Shown one piece after another: positions 15,596 through 23,928 of a stretch of 64,000 nucleotides of DNA. The position numbers were made by a program, and so were the translations under genes. Every line of letters starts with the position of its first letter. Position 1 is the stretch's first letter. Source of the stretch: an uncultured Alphaproteobacteria bacterium (lineage in GTDB: Bacteria; Pseudomonadota; Alphaproteobacteria; Rs-D84); contig CAKQNS010000003.1 of the NCBI GenBank assembly GCA_934255455.1, forward strand, positions 38,666-102,665, in the 5' to 3' direction. The notes beneath the pieces are model-generated. The model had not been told where the DNA came from, searched no databases, and saw only the letters and a program-made list of their open reading frames with translations.

Positions 15596-17995
15596 ATGGC
15601 AGATGACATCACAAAAATCCAGGAACGCGAGGCAAAATGGCAACGCCGTTGGCGTGCGGCACAGGCATTTGTGCCGAAAAATGACGGTTCAAAACCGCGT
15701 TTTTATAATTTGGTTGAATTTCCGTTCTTGTCCGGTGCGGGAATGCACGCGGGCCACATGATGAATTATTCTGGTATGGATGTGATGGCGCGTTTTCGCC
15801 GTGCACGTGGGTACGATGTATTGTTCCCAATGGGGTTCGATGCAATGGGAATTGCCGGTGAACACTATGCTACAAAAATTGGTCGCCATCCGGCGGATGT
15901 TGCACGTGATTTGATAAAATCGTATTCAGAAATGATTGATCGGGTTGGTTGGTCGGTTGACCCGGAAACCCGCATTGCGACATCTGATCCGGAATACATC
16001 AAATGGACTCAGTGGATGTTTATCCAATTCTGGCGCGCGGGATTGGCGTATAAATCGGCACTGCCGATGAATTGGTGCCCAGAATGCAAAACGACATATA
16101 CCAACGAGGAACTGGAAGATAACAAATGTCCGCGTTGCCATGGGGTTATTGAAAAGAAAGAGAAAATGCAGTGGAATCTGGCATTATCAAAATATGCTCA
16201 GAAATTGCTGGATGGGTTGCGTGATGTCAAATTCGATGAACGCATTAAAAAGGATGAAATCAATCTGATTGGGCGTTCGACCGGTGCGGATATTGATTTT
16301 CGTGTTGGTGACGATGTTATGACGGTGTACACCACGCGCCCGGATACCATATTTGGTGTGACATTTTGCGTAATTGCGCCAGAACACAAATTGGTGCGCA
16401 AATGGTTGGACGAAGGTCGCATTGAAAATGCCGATGCTGTGCGTGAATATATCCGTGCCGCGGCGGCCAAGACGGAAATTGAACGCACCGACGCCACCCG
16501 CGAAAAAACAGGTGTCCAATTGCGTGGCATAACCGCGATAAATCCGTTTACGGGTCGCGAAATACCGGTCTTTACATCGGATTATGTGTTGGTTGACTAT
16601 GCGTATGGCACAATTATGGCGGTGCCGGCGCATGATGCGCGCGATTGGGATTTTGCCAAGAAATTTGGTTTGGAAATAATCCCTGTTTTGGCGGGGGGCG
16701 AGGCCGACAAAGTATGGGAAGGTGACGGCACGCATATAAATTCATCGTTCTTAGACGGTATGAACAAGGCGGATGCAATCGCCGCGGCGATTAAATATGG
16801 TACTGAACACGGTTTTGCACGCGGAACGGTTAAATATAAATTAAAAGATTGGGGCTTTTCGCGCCAGATGTATTGGGGTGAACCAATCCCGATGATTCAT
16901 TGCGATAAATGTGGTTGGGTGCCGGTGCCGGATGAACAATTGCCGGTGATGCAGCCGCACATGATGGATTATCGTCCGACCGACAGTGGTGAATCGCCAC
17001 TGGCGCGCGCGACCGATTGGGTGAATGTGCCCTGCCCGTGCTGTGGTGCGCCGGCGCGTCGTGAAACGGATACTATGCCGGGATGGGCCGGGTCATCGTG
17101 GTATTTTTTGCGCTATCTGGACCCAAAAAATGGCAAAGAATTTTGCTCGCGCGAACAAATGGCGCGCTGGATGCCAGTCGCACATTATAATGGTGGACAT
17201 GAACATAACACACGCCATTTAATCTATTCGCGTTTCTGGCACCATGTGCTGTACGATTTGGGGTTGGTCAACACCGCCGAACCGTATGCGCGCCGCACGG
17301 CCCAGGGATTATTGATGGGTAATGATGGGTATAAAATGTCTAAATCGCGCGGGAACGGTTTTATGGTGGCCGATTTAGTGGCGGCGGTTGGCGCGGATGC
17401 GGGACGCGTTGCGGTACTGTCGCTGGGGCCATGGGAAAACAATGTTGTGTGGACCGATGGCGCAATGGCAGGTGTTCAACGTTTCTTGAAACGCGTGGAA
17501 AATTTATCGGATAATTTGACCGATGTGCCAATGACCACCGAACAAGAACGTTTAATGAACCAATTGATTGCCGATGTCACCGAACGTATTGATGGTATGC
17601 GATTTAATACCGCGATTTCCGCGATGATGGAATATCTGAATGCGTTTCCGGGTGGTACAATGCCGCGTGCGGCGTATGTTGCGCTGGTGCGTGTGTTGAA
17701 CCCGTTTGCACCGCATTTGACCGAAGAAATGTGGGAAAAATTGGGAAACAATACGATGTTGGCATTGTCTGATTGGCCAACATACGATGCATCGAAATTG
17801 GCCAAGACCGAAATGACAATTGTCGTGTCGGTAAATGGTAAACGCGCCGCCGAATTTACCGTGGCGGTGGGTGCATCGGCATCGGAAATCACAGATGCGG
17901 CGCATAAAGCGGCCGCGGCTAAATTGGATGGCGCCGAAATAATAAAAACAATCGTGGTGCCAAACAAGTTGGTAAATTTTGTTGTAAAGAAATAA
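15596..17995 (+). CDS. leuS: leucine--tRNA ligase
   Basis: Class I HIGH-type motif (HAGHMMNY), KMSKS (YKMSKSRGN), and an editing-domain insertion. 799 aa. Confidence 0.95.
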   Translation: MADDITKIQEREAKWQRRWRAAQAFVPKNDGSKPRFYNLVEFPFLSGAGMHAGHMMNYSGMDVMARFRRARGYDVLFPMGFDAMGIAGEHYATKIGRHPADVARDLIKSYSEMIDRVGWSVDPETRIATSDPEYIKWTQWMFIQFWRAGLAYKSALPMNWCPECKTTYTNEELEDNKCPRCHGVIEKKEKMQWNLALSKYAQKLLDGLRDVKFDERIKKDEINLIGRSTGADIDFRVGDDVMTVYTTRPDTIFGVTFCVIAPEHKLVRKWLDEGRIENADAVREYIRAAAAKTEIERTDATREKTGVQLRGITAINPFTGREIPVFTSDYVLVDYAYGTIMAVPAHDARDWDFAKKFGLEIIPVLAGGEADKVWEGDGTHINSSFLDGMNKADAIAAAIKYGTEHGFARGTVKYKLKDWGFSRQMYWGEPIPMIHCDKCGWVPVPDEQLPVMQPHMMDYRPTDSGESPLARATDWVNVPCPCCGAPARRETDTMPGWAGSSWYFLRYLDPKNGKEFCSREQMARWMPVAHYNGGHEHNTRHLIYSRFWHHVLYDLGLVNTAEPYARRTAQGLLMGNDGYKMSKSRGNGFMVADLVAAVGADAGRVAVLSLGPWENNVVWTDGAMAGVQRFLKRVENLSDNLTDVPMTTEQERLMNQLIADVTERIDGMRFNTAISAMMEYLNAFPGGTMPRAAYVALVRVLNPFAPHLTEEMWEKLGNNTMLALSDWPTYDASKLAKTEMTIVVSVNGKRAAEFTVAVGASASEITDAAHKAAAAKLDGAEIIKTIVVPNKLVNFVVKK

Positions 17996-18020
17996 AAAAC
18001 GGGGCAATGCCCCGTTTTTT
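17994..18020. terminator. bidirectional terminator between leuS and rpiB
   Basis: AAAAAACGGGGCA-AT-GCCCCGTTTTTT. Confidence 0.75.
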
Positions 18021-18465
18021 ATGAGATTTTTTGAATTCTGCGTACACGACGTTCACAATCGTCAAATGGACTTTCCAGGAATGTTTGTGCAACAACAAAC
18101 GCCATTTCAATATCAATGTCATCGGCCGCCAGTGCCAAAACATTAATATCGTCGTGGAAACGATCGTCGCGTGCCTGTTCTGGGCGTTCACAGCGCGATG
18201 CGCGAATGTGACGATAACGATTTGCGGCAATCATAATGCCAGCGCCGGTGCCGCAAATTAAAATTCCGCGCGATTTTTTGTCAGATTCCATTGCGTCGGC
18301 GACGGTTTTTGCAATGTCTGGGAAATCAACGGGCGTGTTTGGATCGTCGGTGCCCATGTTTACAACCTGGTACCCATCGGCCGCCAACATTTCAATCAAG
18401 TATAATTTCAGCCCCACCCCACGGTGATCTGATGCGATGTATATTTTTGATATGTTTTTATTCAT
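18019..18465 (-). CDS. rpiB: ribose-5-phosphate isomerase B (RpiB/LacA/LacB family)
   Basis: IYIASDHRGVGLK ... RGILICGTGAGIMIAANRYRHIRA. Confidence 0.85.
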   Translation of the reverse strand: MNKNISKIYIASDHRGVGLKLYLIEMLAADGYQVVNMGTDDPNTPVDFPDIAKTVADAMESDKKSRGILICGTGAGIMIAANRYRHIRASRCERPEQARDDRFHDDINVLALAADDIDIEMAFVVAQTFLESPFDDCERRVRRIQKIS

Positions 18466-18811
18466 TGTTTCCTTCCTTGCGTTTTTCCAGTTTACATTCC
18501 AAACCGGTGTTGCCGGTAATGTTTAATGTGGTATATGCCAATGTTCCCGTCATTTGGGCGTTGCTGAACACATTTGCAGTGCCAACAACCGCCGGACCAT
18601 CCAATGTTCCGTGCAGAAACAAATTATCCGCCGTCACGCGTCCTGAAACGCGGCCACCGCGACCAATAACAACGGTTGTGGCAACAATATCGCCAATAAC
18701 CGTACCGTGAATTTGCACGATGTGGTCGGTCTGGATGTTCCCAGTCAATTTGCACCCGGCGCCGATAATCGTCGGTGATTGTTTTTCAGTTGCGTTTGTA
18801 AATGCCAACAT
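18458..18811 (-). CDS. bactofilin (polymer-forming cytoskeletal protein, DUF583)
   Basis: Repetitive beta-helix pattern: KLTGNIQTDHIVQIHGTVIGDIVATTVVIGRGGRVSGRVTADNLFLHGTLDG. Confidence 0.8.
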   Translation of the reverse strand: MLAFTNATEKQSPTIIGAGCKLTGNIQTDHIVQIHGTVIGDIVATTVVIGRGGRVSGRVTADNLFLHGTLDGPAVVGTANVFSNAQMTGTLAYTTLNITGNTGLECKLEKRKEGNNE

Positions 18812-18812
18812 A

Positions 18813-20093
18813 TCATTTTTCCTTTACAAATGTTGAAGGGTTAAACGGCACGCCCTTGTATCTGATTTCGTAATGCAGGTGTGGCCCCGTCGAACGGCCC
18901 GATGAACCGCCCTGTCCCACAATTGTGCCCGGTCGCACCCAATCGCCACGCGACACCATTACCTGGGACAAATGGGCATATAATGTTGTAAAGCCCAGAC
19001 CGTGGTCAACCTCTACCGTGGTGCCGTATCCGACGCGCTCGCCGGCCGAAACAACGCGACCTGGGGCAACGGCCATCAATTCGGTGCCAATGCGACCCGC
19101 AAAATCAATTCCGCGGTGTTTTTTAGGTTTGCCGGTAAATGGGTCGTTGCGGGTGCCATAGTTTGATGTTATGCGCACGCGCTTGACCGGGGCGCCCAAT
19201 GGCAGCAATGTGTTTAATTTAGACAGTCCATTCCATAATTCCAAATCGTCGGCCAATTTTTGATATTTTGAATCCAATTCTTTGTCAAATTCAACCGGAC
19301 TGAATGCTGCGCCGACCAGCGGACTGGCATATTTGTTGGCGCTTTTTACCAATATTGCCTGGTTCAGCCCCAGGGACGCCAGTGTGCTTTTAATTTGTTT
19401 TAATGGTTTGTTTAATGTTTCGATATTGTCCGATGATAATTTCCCAACCATATCCACAATTTGAATATCGGCATCGGCAATTGTTCGCATAGATTCAACC
19501 ATTTGCGCGTTGCGCTTTTTCAGTTCCGCATTTTCCGCGCGTGTCAATTCGTATTCCGCCGATAAGTCAGATAGTTTCGCGTATTCCGGTGCATAGTCCT
19601 CGTTGGTGAACATTTCGGACAGGCGCGTACGCAAGAAATCCAATTCGCCCCATGTTTTCAGGCGACTGTTCATCAAATCTTCTTTTTCTTTATCGGTCAG
19701 TTTTTTCGCGTTCAAAATTTTGTCGTCTATGACATTCAAACTGCGCGTTAAATCGTTGTATTTTTTCAAATAGGTCTGCAAATCGGTCATGTGGCGTGCG
19801 TGCAGTGCGCGTTCCTGTTCCAATTGTTGGGTGCGTTTTTGCAGCAACGGGCGGTGATACACAAACACGTATGTTGACCATGTAGCCCATATAACCAGCC
19901 CTATTTTGCCACAGAATTTGGTAAAACGCCAAAAACTGGATTGTTTGAAAGTGTAAACATTGCCGCGTGGAGTGTCCATAACCGTGAATTCGCGCGGCGG
20001 GAATACACGCGAAATCAGTCGCCATAATGCACGAAACGGCGATGTAATCAGCGCCCACAAAGATGTAAAATATCTGGTTATGAAACTTATCAT
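18813..20093 (-). CDS. M23 family metallopeptidase with N-terminal TM and coiled coil
   Basis: HRGIDFAG ... YGTTVEVDHGLGFTTLYAHLS ... GSSGRSTGPHLHYEIR, the LytM/M23 zinc motifs. Confidence 0.85.
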   Translation of the reverse strand: MISFITRYFTSLWALITSPFRALWRLISRVFPPREFTVMDTPRGNVYTFKQSSFWRFTKFCGKIGLVIWATWSTYVFVYHRPLLQKRTQQLEQERALHARHMTDLQTYLKKYNDLTRSLNVIDDKILNAKKLTDKEKEDLMNSRLKTWGELDFLRTRLSEMFTNEDYAPEYAKLSDLSAEYELTRAENAELKKRNAQMVESMRTIADADIQIVDMVGKLSSDNIETLNKPLKQIKSTLASLGLNQAILVKSANKYASPLVGAAFSPVEFDKELDSKYQKLADDLELWNGLSKLNTLLPLGAPVKRVRITSNYGTRNDPFTGKPKKHRGIDFAGRIGTELMAVAPGRVVSAGERVGYGTTVEVDHGLGFTTLYAHLSQVMVSRGDWVRPGTIVGQGGSSGRSTGPHLHYEIRYKGVPFNPSTFVKEK

Positions 20094-20776
20094 TTGGATT
20101 CCAGTCTAGACAACATCTGGGCAATAGTCAAGCCGTCGCGCAAAACATCATCATTGTTCATGGACAGACCACCGTGAATGGTTGCCCCGCCCCGAACGCC
20201 CGTGCGACCGGTGATAATTACGCGTTCGGCGGTATGTTTTGCACCAAACAGCGGGAATATATTTATGTCGCCGCACAGTGGTACCATGGCCGAAATAATC
20301 CGGTCGGTTGCCGCCGCATCAACAATTGTGCAAAAATGTCCCCGTGGTCGCACCCGGCGCAGGCACGCGCGTGTCCACATAATCAAATCAGCATTATGGT
20401 GCGCATTGTGCGCGGCCGGTGTACCGGTAAAATACGGTGGGTTGGTCATAACCAAATCAAATCTGCGGTCGGTTTTCCAATTTAATATATCGGCGCATAC
20501 CAATTCCATATCGCGGTGGTTTAATTCCGCGTTTTTCTGTGCGGCGTCCAGCATATCGGGCGATATATCAATTCCGGTGTATGTTGCCGCCGGGTTATGT
20601 GCGGCACAACATAATGCCACCGCGCCCGTACCGGTGCCAACATCCAGAACCGTTTTTGCGGGAACGTCCCCGGCCATTGCCGCCAACCATACCGCATCAG
20701 ATGTTGGGTTATATATTCCCGGATTGCACCAAACACGGCCACCCATCAGGCTAAAAATCTCTTGTTTTTTCGTCAT
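20090..20776 (-). CDS. class I SAM-dependent methyltransferase, NPPY type (TrmN6/YfiC-like)
   Basis: VLDVGTGTGAVAL SAM motif and the MTNPPYF catalytic motif. Start chosen at MTKKQEIF. Its stop overlaps the M23 start (ATGA). Confidence 0.7.
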   Translation of the reverse strand: MTKKQEIFSLMGGRVWCNPGIYNPTSDAVWLAAMAGDVPAKTVLDVGTGTGAVALCCAAHNPAATYTGIDISPDMLDAAQKNAELNHRDMELVCADILNWKTDRRFDLVMTNPPYFTGTPAAHNAHHNADLIMWTRACLRRVRPRGHFCTIVDAAATDRIISAMVPLCGDINIFPLFGAKHTAERVIITGRTGVRGGATIHGGLSMNNDDVLRDGLTIAQMLSRLESK

Positions 20777-20816
20777 ATCCCCATATAATAATTCAACAAA
20801 ATCAAAAGGCAAGTTT

Positions 20817-21827
20817 ATGTTTGATGATGCGATGGTTGTGCAAAGTGCGATAAGTGCGTTCAATAATGCGGCGCTGTTTGCCCCAGCATTTTTGTTCTGG
20901 GGGCTGTTGATGCTGCCACTGTTTGGTATGGTTTACTTTTATGGGGCGGATTTCTTGGCGCGTTTTGGGTGGAACGCAAAAAATATGATTCCGCGGACAT
21001 GTATGACCACGGTTGTAATGATACTGATGTGGGTGGTAATGTTTGGTGGGAATTATGGTGTGTTGCGTGACAGTGCAACCGTTTTGCCGTTTATGGTTGC
21101 TGCGACGGTGTTCGTTTCATCTATGTTTATTGCGTCGCGCATGCGGAACAAGAATGTATTAAATGCCTGGCGTGCGGCGCGTGGTGGCGGTCGCGTAGGA
21201 ATGATTGCGGTTGTGTGTGCAATTTTAATTATGGTTGGTTTGTCTGATACGCATGCGTGGTGGGGGCCGATATTGCAAATTGGTGCCCTGGTGTGCGGCT
21301 GGCTGTTTGGGCGCGTGGCGCGTGGTGAAATGCGTGATGTTGCCGGGTGTGTGTTGATAATTATGGCGACCAGTACCGCGATTTTGATGCAGCCCGAATT
21401 TTTCAGATTTGGCCAATTGGGGGCATTGACCGTATTTCATCTGGTTGCGCTGGTTTTGGTTGGTGCGGCGGCGGCGGCAACGGTTGCGTTGCGCAATGTG
21501 GCGCCGCATGGTCGCATTCACCAATCGGCGTATGTTAAATTAAAATGGATGGCGCGTTTTTTGTCGGCGTTGTGTGCGGTACTGTTTGTGCTGACGGAAT
21601 CTGTGCCGGTGTTTTTGGCAATGTCGATTATGTTTTTTGTGTCGTTTGCAATGTCGGTATGGCACGCAAAAATATTGCCCGCCGCATTGGGCGATATGGC
21701 GTTTGCGGCGTTGCTGATGATGTTTGGACTGATTACGGTTATGCCGGTTATCAGTGCGCTGGGGTTGGTTTTATATAATCAATCGGCACGGTCGTGCAGT
21801 GTGCGTGATGGACGCGCGTTGTTATAA
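20817..21827 (+). CDS. multi-pass integral membrane protein, unknown function
   Basis: About 9 hydrophobic helices. Start chosen at MFDDAMVV; the upstream part of the listed ORF is antisense to the methyltransferase gene. Confidence 0.55.
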   Translation: MFDDAMVVQSAISAFNNAALFAPAFLFWGLLMLPLFGMVYFYGADFLARFGWNAKNMIPRTCMTTVVMILMWVVMFGGNYGVLRDSATVLPFMVAATVFVSSMFIASRMRNKNVLNAWRAARGGGRVGMIAVVCAILIMVGLSDTHAWWGPILQIGALVCGWLFGRVARGEMRDVAGCVLIIMATSTAILMQPEFFRFGQLGALTVFHLVALVLVGAAAAATVALRNVAPHGRIHQSAYVKLKWMARFLSALCAVLFVLTESVPVFLAMSIMFFVSFAMSVWHAKILPAALGDMAFAALLMMFGLITVMPVISALGLVLYNQSARSCSVRDGRALL

Positions 21828-21910
21828 TTTGTTATATTTATTGTATACCAATTTATGCGGTGGTGATGTATTATAACGCTTGAAATTACTGTAAGAAAGC
21901 GAGTGTTATC

Positions 21911-22714
21911 ATGACAAATATACATCCAACGGCAATTATTCGTGACGGTGCCGTAATCGGCGCCGATTGCAAGATTGGGCCATATTGCATTGTGGGGGCA
22001 AATGTAGTTCTGGGCGAACGCGTGGAATTGATTTCTAATGTCGTAATTGATGGAAAAACATCCATTGGTGATGATTCTATCGTTTATCCGTTTGCCGTTC
22101 TGGGCGTTATGAGTCAGGACCTGAAATGGCAAGACGAAGCCGCCATGACCGGCCTGCGCATTGGTAAACGGTGTAAAATTCGTGAATATGTGACCATTCA
22201 TTCGGGTACGCCCGCATCTGATGGCACGGTTATTGGTGACGATTGCCAAATTATGGTGAATGCCCATGTTGGCCATGATTGCAAGGTTGGCAACAGTGTT
22301 GTTATGTCCAATCTGGTCCAGGTCGCCGGCCATGTCGAGGTTGAAGATTTCGCAATCTTGTCCGGTGGCGTTATGGTGTTGCAATTTGCGCGCATTGGCC
22401 GCAATGCGTTTATTGGCGGCATGTCGGGTGTTGGAAATGATGTTTTGCCATACGCAATTTATGATGGTAATCCGCGCGCGGTATATCGCACAATTAATCG
22501 CGTCGGTCTGATGCGTCATGGTTTCACGAACGAGGATATGCACGCAATTCATAATGTATATTCGGCGGTATTTCGCGAAACAGATGGTACGGTTGCGGAA
22601 CGCTTGGCGCGCGTTCGCCGCGAGGTGAAAAATAACAAATACGCAATGGACGCAATTGATTTTATTGAAAATCGTTCAAAGCGTGGAATTGGCACGGCGA
22701 AAAATGCAGAATAA
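21911..22714 (+). CDS. lpxA: acyl-ACP--UDP-N-acetylglucosamine O-acyltransferase
   Basis: IHPTAIIRDGAVIGADCKIGPYCIVG hexapeptide repeats and the LpxA C-terminal helical domain. Confidence 0.9.
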   Translation: MTNIHPTAIIRDGAVIGADCKIGPYCIVGANVVLGERVELISNVVIDGKTSIGDDSIVYPFAVLGVMSQDLKWQDEAAMTGLRIGKRCKIREYVTIHSGTPASDGTVIGDDCQIMVNAHVGHDCKVGNSVVMSNLVQVAGHVEVEDFAILSGGVMVLQFARIGRNAFIGGMSGVGNDVLPYAIYDGNPRAVYRTINRVGLMRHGFTNEDMHAIHNVYSAVFRETDGTVAERLARVRREVKNNKYAMDAIDFIENRSKRGIGTAKNAE

Positions 22715-23855
22715 AAAATTGACCGTATTTATCATCGCAGGCGAGGTATCGGGCGATGTCCTGGGCGCAAAAATAATGGCGGCTATGCCAGATGCGCGTT
22801 TTGTTGGTGTCGGTGGCGAAAATATGATTGCCGCGGGACTGGATTCTTTGTTTCCAATGGGTGATTTGGCCGTTATGGGTGTGATAGAGGTTGCCGCCCA
22901 TGCGCGCACATTGATGCGTCGCATTCGTCAAACGGCAACCGCGATAATTGATGCCGCGCCGGATATTGTTCTGACTGTTGATGCGCCGGGTTTCGCGCGC
23001 AGCGTCATCGCACAGGTTCGCAAATCATCCGCAGGACAAAAACTGATTGCGCGGGGCTTGCGATTTCATCATGTTGTTGCGCCCCAGGTTTGGGCATGGC
23101 GTCCGTCGCGTGCAAAGAAATACGCCAAAACATTTGATAAATTGTACGCGTTTTTTGATTTTGAAATTCCGTATTTTACAAAATACGGGCTGGACACCGT
23201 GGCGGTTGGCCACCCCGTGTCGGACGGTCTGATTGGGAAATACAAATCATCGCATTGGCACGATGGGGATGCTGATAAAATTATAACCATGGTCCCCGGC
23301 AGTCGTATGTCCGAGGTCAAACGTCTGATGCCGATATTCCGTAAAACGGCGGAAATATTGGCGGCCAGTGGATATGTGGGATATAAATTTGTGATTCCGA
23401 CGGTTGAAACCACGGTCGATTATGTGCGGCGCAATGTGGCACATTGGCATGTGCCGGTCACATTGGTTGATGCACCGCGGCGGTACGAGTTTTATGCAAA
23501 ATCATATATGGCTATCGTGGCCAGTGGCACTGTATCGGTCGAATTGGCAATGTTGCACATCCCAGCAATTGTTATATACAAAATGAATCCGATAACAACG
23601 TGGTTGGTACGCCAGGTAATTCGCATTAAATGGGCATCATTGGTGAACATTTTGTTGTCGCGTGGTGTATATCCAGAATTTTTGGGAACCGCGGCCACGG
23701 TCGAAAATGTATTGAACGCCACAACCCAATTGGCAATACCCGCGGTGCGCAAACAAATGATTGCGGATTTGACGCGTGCCGATAAATTGTGGCGGCGCCC
23801 TGATGGCGCACCGGCGGAATTGATTGCCGACGATATTCGCCACACAGTAAAATAG
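22704..23855 (+). CDS. lpxB: lipid-A-disaccharide synthase
   Basis: LTVFIIAGEVSGDVLGAKIM N-terminus, VDAPGF, and VASGTVSVELAML. Overlaps lpxA by 11 nt. Confidence 0.9.
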   Translation: MQNKKLTVFIIAGEVSGDVLGAKIMAAMPDARFVGVGGENMIAAGLDSLFPMGDLAVMGVIEVAAHARTLMRRIRQTATAIIDAAPDIVLTVDAPGFARSVIAQVRKSSAGQKLIARGLRFHHVVAPQVWAWRPSRAKKYAKTFDKLYAFFDFEIPYFTKYGLDTVAVGHPVSDGLIGKYKSSHWHDGDADKIITMVPGSRMSEVKRLMPIFRKTAEILAASGYVGYKFVIPTVETTVDYVRRNVAHWHVPVTLVDAPRRYEFYAKSYMAIVASGTVSVELAMLHIPAIVIYKMNPITTWLVRQVIRIKWASLVNILLSRGVYPEFLGTAATVENVLNATTQLAIPAVRKQMIADLTRADKLWRRPDGAPAELIADDIRHTVK

Positions 23856-23876
23856 TTTATTTGTTTTTTTATATAC

Positions 23877-23904
23877 AAAAACACCGCCGATTGGCGGTGT
23901 TTTT
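23877..23904. terminator. bidirectional terminator between lpxB and the 904-aa gene
   Basis: AAAAACACCGCC-GATT-GGCGGTGTTTTT. Confidence 0.75.
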
Positions 23905-23928
23905 CGTGATAATACGCAACATTACTTA

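Noticed and set aside
20178-20816. N-terminal 213 aa of the listed 549-aa plus-strand ORF.
   Set aside because: This part is antisense to the well-supported NPPY methyltransferase gene and has an odd composition. A membrane-protein-like sequence begins only at MFDDAMVV (20817), after a 40-nt divergent promoter spacer.
21779-22552. 257-aa minus-strand ORF.
   Set aside because: It is antisense to lpxA. Hexapeptide-repeat genes typically generate long antisense frames. It has no start context or motifs.
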